64,000 bases of DNA from Acidiferrobacterales bacterium (GTDB taxonomy: Bacteria > Pseudomonadota > Gammaproteobacteria > Acidiferrobacterales > UBA6901): assembly GCA_036393295.1 (NCBI GenBank), contig DASWHF010000044.1, positions 5,756-69,755 on the forward strand, written 5' to 3'. Within the stretch, counting starts at the first letter, position 1. Each line of letters opens with the position of its first letter. The notes below the pieces were generated by a model. The model saw only the letters and a list, made by a program, of their open reading frames with translations. It was not told the origin of the DNA and ran no database searches. The position numbers were made by a program, and so were the translations under genes. Positions 32,076-44,126 of this stretch are shown piece after piece.

Positions 32076-33077
32076 TCAGCCTCCGCGGGCCTGCTGTTCG
32101 GCGTGATACGAGGAGCGCACCAGCGGGCCGCTCGCGACGTTGCGAAAGCCGAGACCGGCGCCGATCGCGGCAAAGGCGTCGAACTGTTCGGGGGTGACGT
32201 AGCGCTGCACCGGCAGATGGTGGTCGCGGCTCGGCTGCAGGTACTGGCCGATGGTCAGGAGATCGCAGCCGTGCGCGCGCAGGTCGCGCATCACCGCCAC
32301 GATCTCTTCGTCGCTTTCGCCCAGGCCGACCATGAGCCCGGACTTCGTCGGAACCCTTGGGTGCCGTGCCTTGAACTCGGCGAGCAGTTTCAGCGACCAG
32401 CGATAGTCGGCGCCCGGGCGCACCGCCTTGTACAGGCGCGGCACGGTCTCGAGATTGTGATTGAACACATCGGGCGGCGCCTCGCCGAGCAGCGCGAGCG
32501 CGCGCTCCATGCGGCCGCGGAAATCAGGCACCAGGATCTCGATGGAAATGCCCGGCACCTGCGCGCGGATCGCGCGGATGCAGTCGGCGAAATGGCCGGC
32601 GCCGCCGTCGCGCAGGTCGTCGCGATCGACCGAGGTGACGACCACGAAGCGCAGCGCCATGGCGGCGATGGTGCGCGCGAGATTTCCGGGCTCCTGCGGA
32701 TCGGGCGGTTGCGGGCGACCGTGGGCCACGTCGCAGAACGGGCAGCGCCGCGTGCACAGGTCGCCGAGGATCATGAAGGTCGCCGTGCCGCCGCCGAAGC
32801 ACTCGCCGATGTTGGGGCAGGCGGCCTCTTCGCACACCGTGTGCAGCCGGTTTTCGCGCAGGATTGCCTTGAGCCGAGCGACCTCGGGCGTCATGGGCGA
32901 ACGCGCCCGCAACCAGCGCGGCTTGGGCAGCAATTCGCCGCGTGGCGCGACCTTGATCGGGATGCGCGCGGTCTTGGCCGCGCCCTTGCCCGCGCGCGCG
33001 TCGGTCGCCACCGGCTCGATAGCAGGCTGCCTGGTGTTGGGCTTATCGGGGATCATCGGCGCGGACGGGACCGTCAT
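32076..33077 (-). CDS. lipA: Lipoyl synthase
   Basis: [13 protein letters not shown] and radical-SAM [10 protein letters not shown] motifs. The start is ambiguous (MTVPSAP at 33077, or the Met 7 codons downstream) and overlaps the lipB 3' end. Confidence 0.92.
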   Translation of the reverse strand: MTVPSAPMIPDKPNTRQPAIEPVATDARAGKGAAKTARIPIKVAPRGELLPKPRWLRARSPMTPEVARLKAILRENRLHTVCEEAACPNIGECFGGGTATFMILGDLCTRRCPFCDVAHGRPQPPDPQEPGNLARTIAAMALRFVVVTSVDRDDLRDGGAGHFADCIRAIRAQVPGISIEILVPDFRGRMERALALLGEAPPDVFNHNLETVPRLYKAVRPGADYRWSLKLLAEFKARHPRVPTKSGLMVGLGESDEEIVAVMRDLRAHGCDLLTIGQYLQPSRDHHLPVQRYVTPEQFDAFAAIGAGLGFRNVASGPLVRSSYHAEQQARGG

Positions 33078-33756
33078 TTGGGCGGGAATTGTACCCCAGA
33101 TTGTACAACAGATAAGGCAGCAGGCGGTCGGCGGCCGCCGCGGTTCCGGCCGCCACCGCCCGCCCCGGCAGCAGATCGGCCAGCTGGGTGACCGCCAGCT
33201 CCGGATAGCCGCAGGGATTGATCCGATCGAAGGGCGCAAGGTCCATGGCCACGTTCAGCGACAGGCCGTGGTAGCAGGCGCCGCCGCGCACCCGCAGGCC
33301 GAGCTGGGCGAGCTTGCGTCCGTCCACGTAGACCCCCGGGGCGCCGGGGCGGCGCTCGCCGCGAATGCCCTCGGCCGCCAGCAGGTCCAGCACCGACTGT
33401 TCGAGCGCGGCCACCAGCGCCTTGATGCCGAGCCGGCGCCTGCGGAGGTCGATCAGCACATAGGCCACCAGCTGGCCCGGTCCGTGGTAGGTGATGTCGC
33501 CGCCGCGATCGGTCCGGATGACCGGGATCGCGGCCGGATTGACGAATTCGCCGTGCTTGGCGTTGAGACCCAGGGTGTAGACCGGCGGGTGCTCGAGCAG
33601 CCAGATCTCGTCCGCGGTGCCGGTATCGCGCCGGGCGGTGAACGCCTGCATGTCCCGCCAGGTCTCGACATAGTTGCGCACTCCGAGCCGGCGGACCCGC
33701 GGCGTGTCGGCCGGCGCGATGCCGGACGGATCTTCGGTGAGCGGTGGTGAATTCAT
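33043..33756 (-). CDS. lipB: Octanoyltransferase (lipoyl(octanoyl) transferase)
   Basis: [23 protein letters not shown] and KLAQLGLRV...HGLSLNV motifs. Start trimmed to MNSPPL; the TTG at 33798 is an alternative. Confidence 0.9.
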   Translation of the reverse strand: MNSPPLTEDPSGIAPADTPRVRRLGVRNYVETWRDMQAFTARRDTGTADEIWLLEHPPVYTLGLNAKHGEFVNPAAIPVIRTDRGGDITYHGPGQLVAYVLIDLRRRRLGIKALVAALEQSVLDLLAAEGIRGERRPGAPGVYVDGRKLAQLGLRVRGGACYHGLSLNVAMDLAPFDRINPCGYPELAVTQLADLLPGRAVAAGTAAAADRLLPYLLYNLGYNSRPNDGPVRADDPR

Positions 33757-33787
33757 GGAGAGTCCGCCCCCGGCGGCGCTGTGCGGA

Positions 33788-34078
33788 CTATAGGGCAATC
33801 AGCACCTCGGCGCACGCCGTGAGCTCGCGGTAGATGGCGTCGAGCTGGTCGCGGCTGCGGGCCGTGATGGTGAGCGTCACCGAGACGTAGTGGTCATCGC
33901 GGCTCGACCTCGCATGGGTCGCGATCAGGTCGGCCTCGGGCGTGTGGCGCGCGACAATCTGCGTGACGCGTGCGGCGAAGTCCGGCCCGGTCCGGCCCAT
34001 GGCCTTGATGTCGAAGCGGCAGGGGAAGGCCAGCGAACCGCCGGCCGGGTCCGCGCCATGATCACCGCCGCCGGTCAT
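33788..34078 (-). CDS. ybeD: YbeD-family (DUF493) protein
   Basis: C-terminal 96 aa of ORF 33788..34993, starting at MTGGGD. FPCRFDIKAMG motif. Conserved position between dacA and lipB. Confidence 0.8.
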   Translation of the reverse strand: MTGGGDHGADPAGGSLAFPCRFDIKAMGRTGPDFAARVTQIVARHTPEADLIATHARSSRDDHYVSVTLTITARSRDQLDAIYRELTACAEVLIAL

Positions 34079-34083
34079 GGCGC

Positions 34084-34959
34084 TCAATCCACCCGGCCGG
34101 CGCGGAAGGCCTGCTTGTATTCCTGGTAGAGCCGCTGCGCGCGCGCGTGCAGCGCGCCCGGCCGGCCGTCGGCCACCGGCTCGCCGTCGATGCGCGTGAC
34201 CGGCATGATCTCGCGCGTCGAGCTGGTCAGCCACACCTCGTCGGACGACTTGAGCTCGTCGACGGTGATCGGCAATTCGTCGCATTGGATGCCGCCGGCC
34301 CGCGCCAGCTCCAGCACCAGATCGCGGGTGATGCCCGGGAGGATGAACGCACCCCTCGGCGGCGTGACCAGCCGGCCGGCGCGCACGACGAATATGTTGC
34401 TGGCCGCGCCCTCGGTGACGTAACCGTCGCGGATCAGGATCGCCTCGATCGCGCCGCGCTCCAGCGCCTGCTGGCGCATCAGCACGTTCGGCAGCAGCGC
34501 GATGGCCTTGATATCGCAGCGCAGCCAGCGGATGTCGGGCACCGTGACCGCGGTCGCGCCCGCCTGGATCGCGGCCGGATCGGGATAGTGCAGCGGCTGC
34601 GCGTAGGCGAACACCGTCGCCGCGGTGTCCGGCGGGAAGGCGTGATCGCGCGGCGCGACGCCGCGCGTGACCTGCAGGTACACCGACTGATCGCCGGCAC
34701 CGTTCTCGCGCACCAGGCGCTCGAAGATCGCCGACCACTCGGCCGGTGATTTCATGTGGCTGAGCCCGATGCCGGCGAGGCTCTGTTCGAGCCGCTGCAG
34801 ATGATGCGGCAGGCGGAACAGCCGGCCACCGTAGACCGGAATGACCTCGTAGACGCCGTCGCCGAACAGGAAGCCGCGGTCGAAGGGCGAGATCCGCGCG
34901 CGCTCCGCATCGAGGAACTCGCCGTTCAGGTACACCAGCTTGGGAAAAGTTGTCGGCAC
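34084..34959 (-). CDS. Class IV (D-amino-acid / branched-chain) aminotransferase, D-alanine aminotransferase-like
   Basis: DRGFLFGDGVYEV, TEGAASNIF and fold-type IV layout; 291 aa. Confidence 0.8.
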   Translation of the reverse strand: MPTTFPKLVYLNGEFLDAERARISPFDRGFLFGDGVYEVIPVYGGRLFRLPHHLQRLEQSLAGIGLSHMKSPAEWSAIFERLVRENGAGDQSVYLQVTRGVAPRDHAFPPDTAATVFAYAQPLHYPDPAAIQAGATAVTVPDIRWLRCDIKAIALLPNVLMRQQALERGAIEAILIRDGYVTEGAASNIFVVRAGRLVTPPRGAFILPGITRDLVLELARAGGIQCDELPITVDELKSSDEVWLTSSTREIMPVTRIDGEPVADGRPGALHARAQRLYQEYKQAFRAGRVD

Positions 34960-35025
34960 GTGCTGTCTGCTCGGTGGATGGCCGCCCGCTCACCGCGGTG
35001 CGGACATTCTAGCCGATAGGCCCAT

Positions 35026-36168
35026 TCAGCGCAGCCACAGCCGCAGATGGTCGATGGCGCGCTGCACGAGGTTGCCGTCGTCGACCGCGCGTAGCGCGAT
35101 CAGGGGGTGCTCCGCGATCGTCTGGCCGCCGTAGTCGAGGCGCAGCGTGCCGATGCGCTGGCCGCGCGCCACCGGCGCGGTCGGCGTCTCCGGCACGTCG
35201 AGCCTGGCCTGGAGCTTGCCGTAACCGCCGCGCGGCAGGGTGAGGTAGAGGTCCTCGTTGATGCCGACCGGCAGCGTGTCGTGGTCGCCGAGCCAGATGC
35301 GCAGGTGCACGGCCGGGGATTCGGCCTGGTAAAGCAGGCGGGTCTCGTAGTGGTCCAGGCCGAAGCTGAGCAGCCGTTGGCCGGCGTCGGCGCGGTCCCG
35401 CTCGCTTTTTGCGCCGAGCAGCACCGCGATCATGCGCATGTTGTCGCGCTGCGCCGTCGCCGCCAGGCAGTAGCCGGCGCTGCGGGTCTGGCCGGTCTTG
35501 AGCCCGTCGGCCTCGCCCATGCGCCATAGCAGCAGGTTGCGATTGTGCTGGGCGATGCCGTTGTGGTTGAACTCCTTGGTGCCGAACAGCGCATAGTACT
35601 GGGGGAACTCGCGGATCAGCAGCGCCGCCAGGGCCGCGAGGTCGCGGGCGCTGCTGGTATGGCCGTCCTGGTGCAGGCCGGTGCTGTTGGTGAAGCGGGT
35701 GTTGCCGAGGTGCAGCTCGGCGGCCGCGGCGTTCATGCGCGCCACGAAGCGCGCCTCGTCGCCGCCGACGTGCTCGACCAGGGTGAGTGTCGCATCGTTG
35801 GCGGAGCGCACGATCATGCCCTTGAGCAGTGCCTCGACGCTCACCTTGGCGCCGGCGCGCAGGAACATGCGCGCGCCGGCCATCTGCCAGGCGCGCTCGC
35901 TGACGGTCACCTTGTCACCGAGCTTCACCCGTCCGGCCTTGAGGTCCTGGAAGATCAGGTAGGCGGTCATGAGCTTGGTCAGGCTGGCCGGCGGCAGCGG
36001 CTCGTCGGCGCGCTCCTCGCCGATGACCGTGCCGCTGTGATGGTCGACCAGGATCCAGGCGCGGGCCGGCACGCTCGGGCCGGGCAGGTCCCAGGCGAAG
36101 GCCGGCGCCTCGCGGGGCAGGCACAGCAGCCACAGCGCGGCGAACAGCGGTGGGAGAAAACGCATCAC
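35026..36168 (-). CDS. dacA: D-alanyl-D-alanine carboxypeptidase (PBP5/6 family)
   Basis: Signal peptide. SxxK (ASLTKLM), SxN (RSANDA), KTG (LKTGQT). C-terminal beta-sandwich domain. Confidence 0.88.
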   Translation of the reverse strand: MMRFLPPLFAALWLLCLPREAPAFAWDLPGPSVPARAWILVDHHSGTVIGEERADEPLPPASLTKLMTAYLIFQDLKAGRVKLGDKVTVSERAWQMAGARMFLRAGAKVSVEALLKGMIVRSANDATLTLVEHVGGDEARFVARMNAAAAELHLGNTRFTNSTGLHQDGHTSSARDLAALAALLIREFPQYYALFGTKEFNHNGIAQHNRNLLLWRMGEADGLKTGQTRSAGYCLAATAQRDNMRMIAVLLGAKSERDRADAGQRLLSFGLDHYETRLLYQAESPAVHLRIWLGDHDTLPVGINEDLYLTLPRGGYGKLQARLDVPETPTAPVARGQRIGTLRLDYGGQTIAEHPLIALRAVDDGNLVQRAIDHLRLWLR

Positions 36169-36174
36169 GGTAAG

Positions 36175-37014
36175 CTACTCGACGACCACCAGCGGCTCGG
36201 GCAGGCCGTGCGCCCGCATGCGCGCGGCGAGCGCGTCGCTCGAATCGACGCCGCTGAGCGGTCCGACGCGCACGCGGTACAGCGGCACGCGGTCCTGCTC
36301 GGCGGGCTGGATGTGCACCGGCGTGAAGTCGGCGCGCTGCAAGCGCTCGCGCATGCTCTCGGCGTTGGCCCGGCTGGTGTAGGCGCCGACCTGCACGAAC
36401 AGCTTCGGCGGGCCGTTCGCCGGCGCCGCGGCGAGCCGCGGGGCGGGCGGCGTGTCCGCGTGGATCGCCGTCACCTCCACCAGCCCGGTGCCGGCGCCGA
36501 CGATGCCGAGCCGCGCGGCCGCGGCGTAGGACAGATCGATCAGGCGGTCGTGCTTGAACGGTCCGCGATCGTTGACGCGCACCACCACGGTCCGGCCGTT
36601 GCTCAGGTTGCGCACCTGGACATAGCTCGGCAGCGGCAGGGTCTTGTGTGCGGCGGTCATCGCGTACATGTCGTAGGGTTCGCCGCTCGAGGTGTCGCGG
36701 CCGTGGAATTTCTTGCCGTACCAGGAGGCGATGCCGCGCTCGCGGTAACCCGCGGCGTCGCGCAGCGGATGGTAGGTCCGGCCGAAGACCGCGTACGGCC
36801 GGTTGCCGCGCGGGCCGATCGGCTCGGCGCGCGGCACCGCGTCGGGCACGCGCGACACGTCGACCGGCGGCGCCGCGTGCGGGCCGTCGTCCTGGTAGTA
36901 GCCGCCGCGCGGCGGCGCGCTGGTGCAGGCCGACACGGCCAGCAGGACGGACGCAAGCAGCGCGGCCGACGGCGGACGCCGGCCGGTGCGCGCCAATAGT
37001 ATGCTAGCCCTCAT
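36175..37014 (-). CDS. rlpA: Septal-ring lytic transglycosylase RlpA (DPBB + SPOR domains)
   Basis: Lipobox LAVSAC. DPBB motif ASWYGKKFHGRDTSSGEPYD...VRVNDRGPF. C-terminal SPOR-like FVQVGAY...Y.VRVGP. Confidence 0.88.
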   Translation of the reverse strand: MRASILLARTGRRPPSAALLASVLLAVSACTSAPPRGGYYQDDGPHAAPPVDVSRVPDAVPRAEPIGPRGNRPYAVFGRTYHPLRDAAGYRERGIASWYGKKFHGRDTSSGEPYDMYAMTAAHKTLPLPSYVQVRNLSNGRTVVVRVNDRGPFKHDRLIDLSYAAAARLGIVGAGTGLVEVTAIHADTPPAPRLAAAPANGPPKLFVQVGAYTSRANAESMRERLQRADFTPVHIQPAEQDRVPLYRVRVGPLSGVDSSDALAARMRAHGLPEPLVVVE

Positions 37015-38027
37015 CCGGATTCACCGGCATAGCGCTCCTTGATCATCACGCTCAGCTCCCACACCGCCATGGCGTAACGCTTGCTGCGATTATAACGCGT
37101 GATCACGTAGAAATTCCGGTAGCCGAGGCGGTGCATGACCCCGTCCTCGCCCTCCAGGCTCACGAGCGTGGCGAGCTGCTCGATGTCGATGTCGCGCACC
37201 GGCAGCACGCCGTACTCGCGCATGCGCTTCAAACTCACGTTCGGCTCGGCGCGATCGCTCTCCATCCAGGCATAGGGCGTGCCCTCGATCCGCGCGTCGG
37301 TGACCACCGGCTCGCCCCGGCGCCAGCCGTGCGCGCGGAAATAATTGGCGACGCTGCCGATCGCGTCGTCCATCGAGCCCAGCAGGTCGCGCCTGCCGTC
37401 GCCGTCGAAGTCGACCGCGTAGCGCCGATAGCTGCTCGGGATGAACTGCGGCGCCCCCATGGCGCCGGCGTACGAGCCGTTGAAGGTCAGCGGGCCGACG
37501 TCCAGCTCCAGGCACAACAGCAGGTACTCCTCCAGCTCCTTGCGGAAGAACGCGGCGCGTTCCGGGTAGCGGAACGCCAGGGTCGTGAGCGCGTCGATCA
37601 CCCGGTAGCGCCCGGTCGAACGGCCGTAGCGCGTCTCGACGCCGATGATGGCGACGATGATCTCGGGTTCGACGCCGTACTCGGCGCTGGCGCGTTCCAG
37701 GGTCCTGGCATGCTTCTTCCAGAACTTCGCGCCGTTGCGCACGCTCTCGTCGGTGACGAAGATCTGGCGGTACTCGTGCCAGGGCCGCGCCTCGGCCGGC
37801 CGGCGCATCGCCTCGAGAATGTCGTCGCGGATCTCGACGCGCGCGAAGATCTCACGCAGGCTTTCCGGGTCGAGTTGATGTTTCGCCGACATCTCCTGGA
37901 TGAAGGCCTCGACCTCCGGCGTCTCGCCGGGCTCGAGCGCGCGCGCCGGCGCCGCGAGCCACAGGCCGGCGAGCGTCACGGCAATACCGGCGCGGAGCTG
38001 CGTGGCGATGGACGGGTGGACGATCAT
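37011..38027 (-). CDS. mltB: Lytic murein transglycosylase B
   Basis: C-terminal 338 aa of ORF 37011..38540, starting at MIVHPSIA. AIIGVETRYG catalytic-Glu motif, GAMGAPQFIPSSY, DFDGDG. Confidence 0.85.
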   Translation of the reverse strand: MIVHPSIATQLRAGIAVTLAGLWLAAPARALEPGETPEVEAFIQEMSAKHQLDPESLREIFARVEIRDDILEAMRRPAEARPWHEYRQIFVTDESVRNGAKFWKKHARTLERASAEYGVEPEIIVAIIGVETRYGRSTGRYRVIDALTTLAFRYPERAAFFRKELEEYLLLCLELDVGPLTFNGSYAGAMGAPQFIPSSYRRYAVDFDGDGRRDLLGSMDDAIGSVANYFRAHGWRRGEPVVTDARIEGTPYAWMESDRAEPNVSLKRMREYGVLPVRDIDIEQLATLVSLEGEDGVMHRLGYRNFYVITRYNRSKRYAMAVWELSVMIKERYAGESG

Positions 38028-38029
38028 GG

Positions 38030-39112
38030 TCAGTGCGCCACGATCTTGCGGTGGGTGTGGATGCTCATCAGCATGCCGAAGGCCGCCATCAGCGTGACGG
38101 TCGCGGTGCCGCCGTAGCTGACCAGCGGCAGCGGCACGCCCACCACCGGCAGGATGCCGGCGACCATGCCGATGTTGACGAAGAAGTAGAAGAAGAAGAT
38201 CAGGCTCAAGGCTCCGGCCAGCAGGCGGGTGAAGGTCTCCTGGGCGTAGAAGGCGATCAGCAGGCCGCGGCCGAGGATGAACAGATACAGCCCGAGCAGC
38301 ACCATGATGCCGATCAGGCCGAACTCCTCGGCGAACACGGCGAACACGAAGTCCGTCGAGCTCTCCGGCAGGTAGTCGAGGTGCGCCTGGCTGCTGTTCA
38401 GCCAGCCCTTGCCGAAGAAGCCGCCCGAGCCGATCGCGATCATCGATTGAGTGATGTGATAGCCGGCGCCGAGCGGATCCGAGGCCGGGTCGAGCAGGGT
38501 CAGGATGCGCTGCTGCTGGTAATCGTGCAGGCGTGTCCACAGCAGCGGGATCGCCAGGCCGATCAGCCCGACGACCGCGGCGATGATGCGCCAGCCCATG
38601 CCGGCGAGGAACAGCACCGTGAGGCCGGCGCCGAGCACCAGCACGGCGGTGCCGAGATCGGGCTGTTTGGCGATCAGCAGCACCGGCACCAGGGTGATGA
38701 CGCCGCCGAGCGCCACCTTGCCCGCCGACGGCGGCAGCGCGTGGCGCGCGAAGTGCCAGGCGAGCATCATCGGCAGCGCGAGCTTCATGATCTCCGACGG
38801 CTGAAAGGCGAACAGGCCGAAGTTGAGCCAGCGTTGCGCGCCCTTGGCGGTCGTGCCGACCAGCAGCACCGCGACCAGCAGCAGCATGCCGGCGGCGAAG
38901 ATCGCCGGCGCCCAGCGGAACAGGGTTTCGGGCCGGACCTGGGCGACCGCGAACAGGATCGCGAAGCCGAGCAGCAGGCGCAGCGAATGGCGCATCAGCA
39001 CGCCGAGATCCTCGGCGCTGGCGCTGTACAGCACGATCATGCTCAGGGCCGATATCATCACCAGGCCGTAGAACAGCGGTCTATCGATGTGCCAGCGTTC
39101 GAGATTCGTCAC
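38030..39112 (-). CDS. mrdB: Peptidoglycan glycosyltransferase RodA (SEDS family)
   Basis: 360 aa and polytopic. FQPSE(I)MK and SDF(V)FA...EE(F)G SEDS motifs. Confidence 0.92.
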   Translation of the reverse strand: MTNLERWHIDRPLFYGLVMISALSMIVLYSASAEDLGVLMRHSLRLLLGFAILFAVAQVRPETLFRWAPAIFAAGMLLLVAVLLVGTTAKGAQRWLNFGLFAFQPSEIMKLALPMMLAWHFARHALPPSAGKVALGGVITLVPVLLIAKQPDLGTAVLVLGAGLTVLFLAGMGWRIIAAVVGLIGLAIPLLWTRLHDYQQQRILTLLDPASDPLGAGYHITQSMIAIGSGGFFGKGWLNSSQAHLDYLPESSTDFVFAVFAEEFGLIGIMVLLGLYLFILGRGLLIAFYAQETFTRLLAGALSLIFFFYFFVNIGMVAGILPVVGVPLPLVSYGGTATVTLMAAFGMLMSIHTHRKIVAH

Positions 39113-39144
39113 GGCCGTGCCGCCCTTGAGAAGAACAAGATTGA

Positions 39145-39260
39145 GCCACGGGGGACACGGGGATTTTCTTGTGCTGGCCGCATGGGCTTCGAGTATTCCG
39201 ATGCACGACCATAGGCGTGAACACCTTTCTTCCCCCCGTGTTCCCCGTGCCCCCTGTGGC
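39145..39260. repeat. Family 1 palindromic element (NNCACGGGG 9-mer arms), copy D
   Basis: GCCACGGGGGACACGGGG ... CCCCCCGTGTTCCCCGTGCCCCCTGTGGC, between mrdA and rodA (co-directional). Confidence 0.85.
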
Positions 39261-39290
39261 AGAATTTCAACCCTTTCGTTCCGTCGCGCA

Positions 39291-41174
39291 TCAGTCGCCT
39301 TCCATCGGTGGCGGCGCGGCCACCGGCGCCGTCTTGACCTGTTCGCCGAGCAGGTACTGGTCCATGACCTTGCGCGCCACCGGCGCCGCGTTCGCGCTGC
39401 CGCTGCCGCTGTTCTCGACGATCACCGCGACCGCGATGCGCGGATCCTCGACCGGCGCGTAGGCGATGAACAGCGCATGGTCGCGGTGGAACTCGGCGAC
39501 CCGCTCCTCGATATACCGCTCGCCCTGGGCGATGCCCTTGACCTGGGCGGTGCCGGTCTTGCCGGCGATGTGGTAGGGCGCGTTCCAGCCGATGCCGCGC
39601 GCCGTGCCGCCGGGGCCGTGGACGACGTCCATCAGGTTGCGCAATTGCCGTTCGAAGTGCTGCGCGTGCTCGATCTGCGCCGTCTGGGCGGCGCGCGGCT
39701 CGTAGGTCGTGAGCGCCTTGCTGACCGGGTCCTGCGCGGCATGGGCGAGCCGCGGTTGCGGCACCGTGCCGCGATTGGCGAGCCCGGCGGTCGAGACGGC
39801 GAGCTGCAGCGGCGTCACCAGGATCGGCCCCTGGCCGATGCCCAGGACCACCGTCTCGCCCGGATACCAGGGCTGGCCGCGCGCCTGCTTCCACTCGGGG
39901 GTGGGCAGCAGGCCGTCCGATTCGCCCTTGAGGTCGATGCCGGTGCGCGCACCGTAGCCGAACTGGGCCAGAAAGCGGTTCATGCGCTCGACGCCGAGCG
40001 TCACCGCCTGGCGGTAGAAGTACACGTCGCAGGACTGCACCACCGCGTCGTGCAGGTTCATCGGCCCGTGGCCGGCGGCCTTCCAGCAGCGGAACCGGTG
40101 CGAGCTGTCGGGCAGCGAGAAATAGCCCGGGCAGGGAACGGTCTTGTTCGGGTCGATGCCGGCCTCGAGCGCGAGCAGCCCGTAGAATGCCTTGATGGTC
40201 GAGCCCGGCGCGTAGCGGCCGTTGAGCGCGCGGTTGATGAGCGGCTTGTCCTTGCTGTCGCGCAGCGCGGCATAAGACTGGAAGTCGATCCCGTTGACGA
40301 AAGGGTTGGGGTCATAGGTCGGCGTGCTGGCGAAGGCGATCACGCCGCCGGTCTTGGGGTCGAGCGCGATCACCGCGCCGCGCCGCGCGCCGAGGGCCTG
40401 CTCGGCCACCGCCTGTACGCGCGCATCGAGGTGCAGGTAGAGGTTCTTGCCGGCCACCGGCGCGCTGCGGTCGAGGTTGCGCACCGTGCGCCCGTGGGCA
40501 TCGGTCTCGTTGCGCTCGAAGCCAACCTTGCCGAGCAGCAGGTGCTCGTAGCTCTGCTCGATCCCGAGCTTGCCGATGTGGTCCGTGCCGCGATAGGCGG
40601 TCTTGTCGATGACCGCCATCTCCTCCTCGTTGATGCGGCCGACGTAGCCCACGGCATGCACGGCCAGCCCGCCCTGCGGGTAATGACGCTGCAGCCGCGC
40701 CCGGAGATCGGCGCCGTTCAGCAGATGCCGGCGCACGGCGAAACGCGCGGCCTCGACGTCGTTAAGGTGGCTGCGCAGCGTCAGTGCCTCGAAGCGCGGA
40801 CGCTCGCGCAACTGCTTCCTGAAGTTCTTGAGGTCGCGCTCGTTGAGCGTGACGAGCTGGCCGAGCTCGGCCAGCAGCGCCTTCATGTCGGTTACCTGGT
40901 CGGGCGTGACCTCGAGCGTCAGTACCGGATAGTTCTGCGCGAGCACCACGCCGTTGCGGTCGACGATCAGGCCGCGCACCGGCGGAATCGGCACCGGGTT
41001 CACGCGGTTCTTCTGCGACAGGGTGGCGTAGTGGCGGTGGCTGACGACCTGCAGCCAGGCCAGCCGCAGGAACAGCAGCAGGGTCAGCAGGCCGACCAGC
41101 ACCACCAGCACCGAGATCCGGTTGTTGAAGATGCGCGACTCGCGCAGATAATCCTTGATGGGGATACCGGCCAT
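39291..41174 (-). CDS. mrdA: Penicillin-binding protein 2 (elongasome transpeptidase)
   Basis: 627 aa. N-terminal anchor, SxxK (GSTIKAF), SxD/N, KTG(T)A (GKTGTAQ). Confidence 0.93.
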   Translation of the reverse strand: MAGIPIKDYLRESRIFNNRISVLVVLVGLLTLLLFLRLAWLQVVSHRHYATLSQKNRVNPVPIPPVRGLIVDRNGVVLAQNYPVLTLEVTPDQVTDMKALLAELGQLVTLNERDLKNFRKQLRERPRFEALTLRSHLNDVEAARFAVRRHLLNGADLRARLQRHYPQGGLAVHAVGYVGRINEEEMAVIDKTAYRGTDHIGKLGIEQSYEHLLLGKVGFERNETDAHGRTVRNLDRSAPVAGKNLYLHLDARVQAVAEQALGARRGAVIALDPKTGGVIAFASTPTYDPNPFVNGIDFQSYAALRDSKDKPLINRALNGRYAPGSTIKAFYGLLALEAGIDPNKTVPCPGYFSLPDSSHRFRCWKAAGHGPMNLHDAVVQSCDVYFYRQAVTLGVERMNRFLAQFGYGARTGIDLKGESDGLLPTPEWKQARGQPWYPGETVVLGIGQGPILVTPLQLAVSTAGLANRGTVPQPRLAHAAQDPVSKALTTYEPRAAQTAQIEHAQHFERQLRNLMDVVHGPGGTARGIGWNAPYHIAGKTGTAQVKGIAQGERYIEERVAEFHRDHALFIAYAPVEDPRIAVAVIVENSGSGSANAAPVARKVMDQYLLGEQVKTAPVAAPPPMEGD

Positions 41175-41175
41175 G

Positions 41176-41667
41176 TCAGCTGACGTGCGCGCGCCGCCGT
41201 ATGTCCCGCAGGATGATGAACAGCCACGGCCAGATCAGCATGCTCACGATGCCCGATGTCCAGTAGTTCCACTTGATCGGTGTCTGGCCCACCAGGCTTT
41301 TGATCCAGATCAGCAGTAGATAGTTCAGCGCGATCAGCACGAACACGCTCACCGCCTGCTGCCAGCGCGGGAACATGCGCAACTGCAGGTGCAGCTTGAT
41401 AGTCAGGAAGGCCAGCAGTGTCTTGGCGAGCGCCTGCTGCCCGAGCAGCGACCCGTACAGCACGTCGAGGATCAGTCCGACCGTCCAGCCGGTGCCGACG
41501 CCGACACGCTGCGGCACCGCCATGCACCAGTAGATCAGCGTGAGGCCGACCCAGTCGGGCCGGAACGGCTCGGCCCACTGCGGCCCCGGCAGCACCGACA
41601 GCACGAACGCCGCCAGGAAGGTGAGGCCGATGGTCAGCCGGCTGCGGTTGTGCTGGGTGAGCGCCAT
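41176..41667 (-). CDS. mreD: Rod shape-determining protein MreD
   Basis: 163-aa polytopic protein between mreC and mrdA. Confidence 0.85.
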   Translation of the reverse strand: MALTQHNRSRLTIGLTFLAAFVLSVLPGPQWAEPFRPDWVGLTLIYWCMAVPQRVGVGTGWTVGLILDVLYGSLLGQQALAKTLLAFLTIKLHLQLRMFPRWQQAVSVFVLIALNYLLLIWIKSLVGQTPIKWNYWTSGIVSMLIWPWLFIILRDIRRRAHVS

Positions 41668-42530
41668 TATCGCCTCGGCGCCGCCGCGGTCGGTTCGGCC
41701 GGCTCGGCCGGCCAGATCAGCAGCACTTCCTTGTTGTGGCCGAGCTGCGCGACCGGTCGGGCGCTGACTTCGAGAAACGCCTCGTTCGGGTCGTTGACGA
41801 TCTTCGTGACCTCGGCCACCGGGTAGCCGAAGGGGAAGGTGCTGCCGATGCCGGAGCTGATCAGCAGGTCGCCCTCGCGGATGTCGGCCGACGACGTCAG
41901 GTGGCGGACCTCGACGCGATCCGGGTGGCCGACGCCGAAGGCGATGGCGCGCAGTCCGTTGCGGTTGACCTGCACCGGGATGGCGTGGCCGGGATCGGTG
42001 ATGAGGGTCGCGCGGCTGTTGAGCACGCCGACCTCGGCGACCTGCCCCATGATGCCGTGGGCGTCGAGCACCGGCTGGCCGACGAACAACCCGTCCTGCC
42101 TGCCCTTGGCGACGGTGATCTGGCGGGTGAACGGCTCGCGGCTGACCTCGACCAGTTCCGCCACCACCGCGCGCTCGGCCACGCGCGCCGCCGAGCCGAG
42201 CAGCCGGCGCAGGTGCTCGTTCTCGGCCGCCAGCGCTTCGTATTTCTGCAGGCGCGCCTGCAGCAGCGGAAGCTCGGCGTTCAGCCGCTCGTAGCGCTCA
42301 CGCAGCCCGCGGTCGCCGCCGAAGAAGCCGCTGGTCCAGCCGCTCAGCTCGCCGGGCAGTGCCGCGGCATATTGGATGGGGGAGAGCAGCACCGAAAGAC
42401 CCTGGCGGATGCGCTCGAGATGCTGGCCGCGATGATCGGCGATCATCAGGGCCACCGACAGCGCCACGAACACCAGCAGGCGCGTCAGCATGGACGGCGC
42501 GTGCATCGACCATCCGGAGGTGCCCATCAT
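41667..42530 (-). CDS. mreC: Rod shape-determining protein MreC
   Basis: N-terminal anchor, coiled coil (LQARLQKYEALAAENEHLRRLL) and beta-barrel domains. The start could be the internal MLTRLL Met. Confidence 0.88.
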   Translation of the reverse strand: MMGTSGWSMHAPSMLTRLLVFVALSVALMIADHRGQHLERIRQGLSVLLSPIQYAAALPGELSGWTSGFFGGDRGLRERYERLNAELPLLQARLQKYEALAAENEHLRRLLGSAARVAERAVVAELVEVSREPFTRQITVAKGRQDGLFVGQPVLDAHGIMGQVAEVGVLNSRATLITDPGHAIPVQVNRNGLRAIAFGVGHPDRVEVRHLTSSADIREGDLLISSGIGSTFPFGYPVAEVTKIVNDPNEAFLEVSARPVAQLGHNKEVLLIWPAEPAEPTAAAPRR

Positions 42531-42548
42531 GCCGGGATCCGGACCGAC

Positions 42549-44054
<1,506 letters not shown>

Positions 44055-44126
44055 CTACGACTTGGCACGGCGGGCATCACCGCCGCTTTGCGCCCTTGCT
44101 TCGCGTCGTTTCCTTTAAGGATCAGC

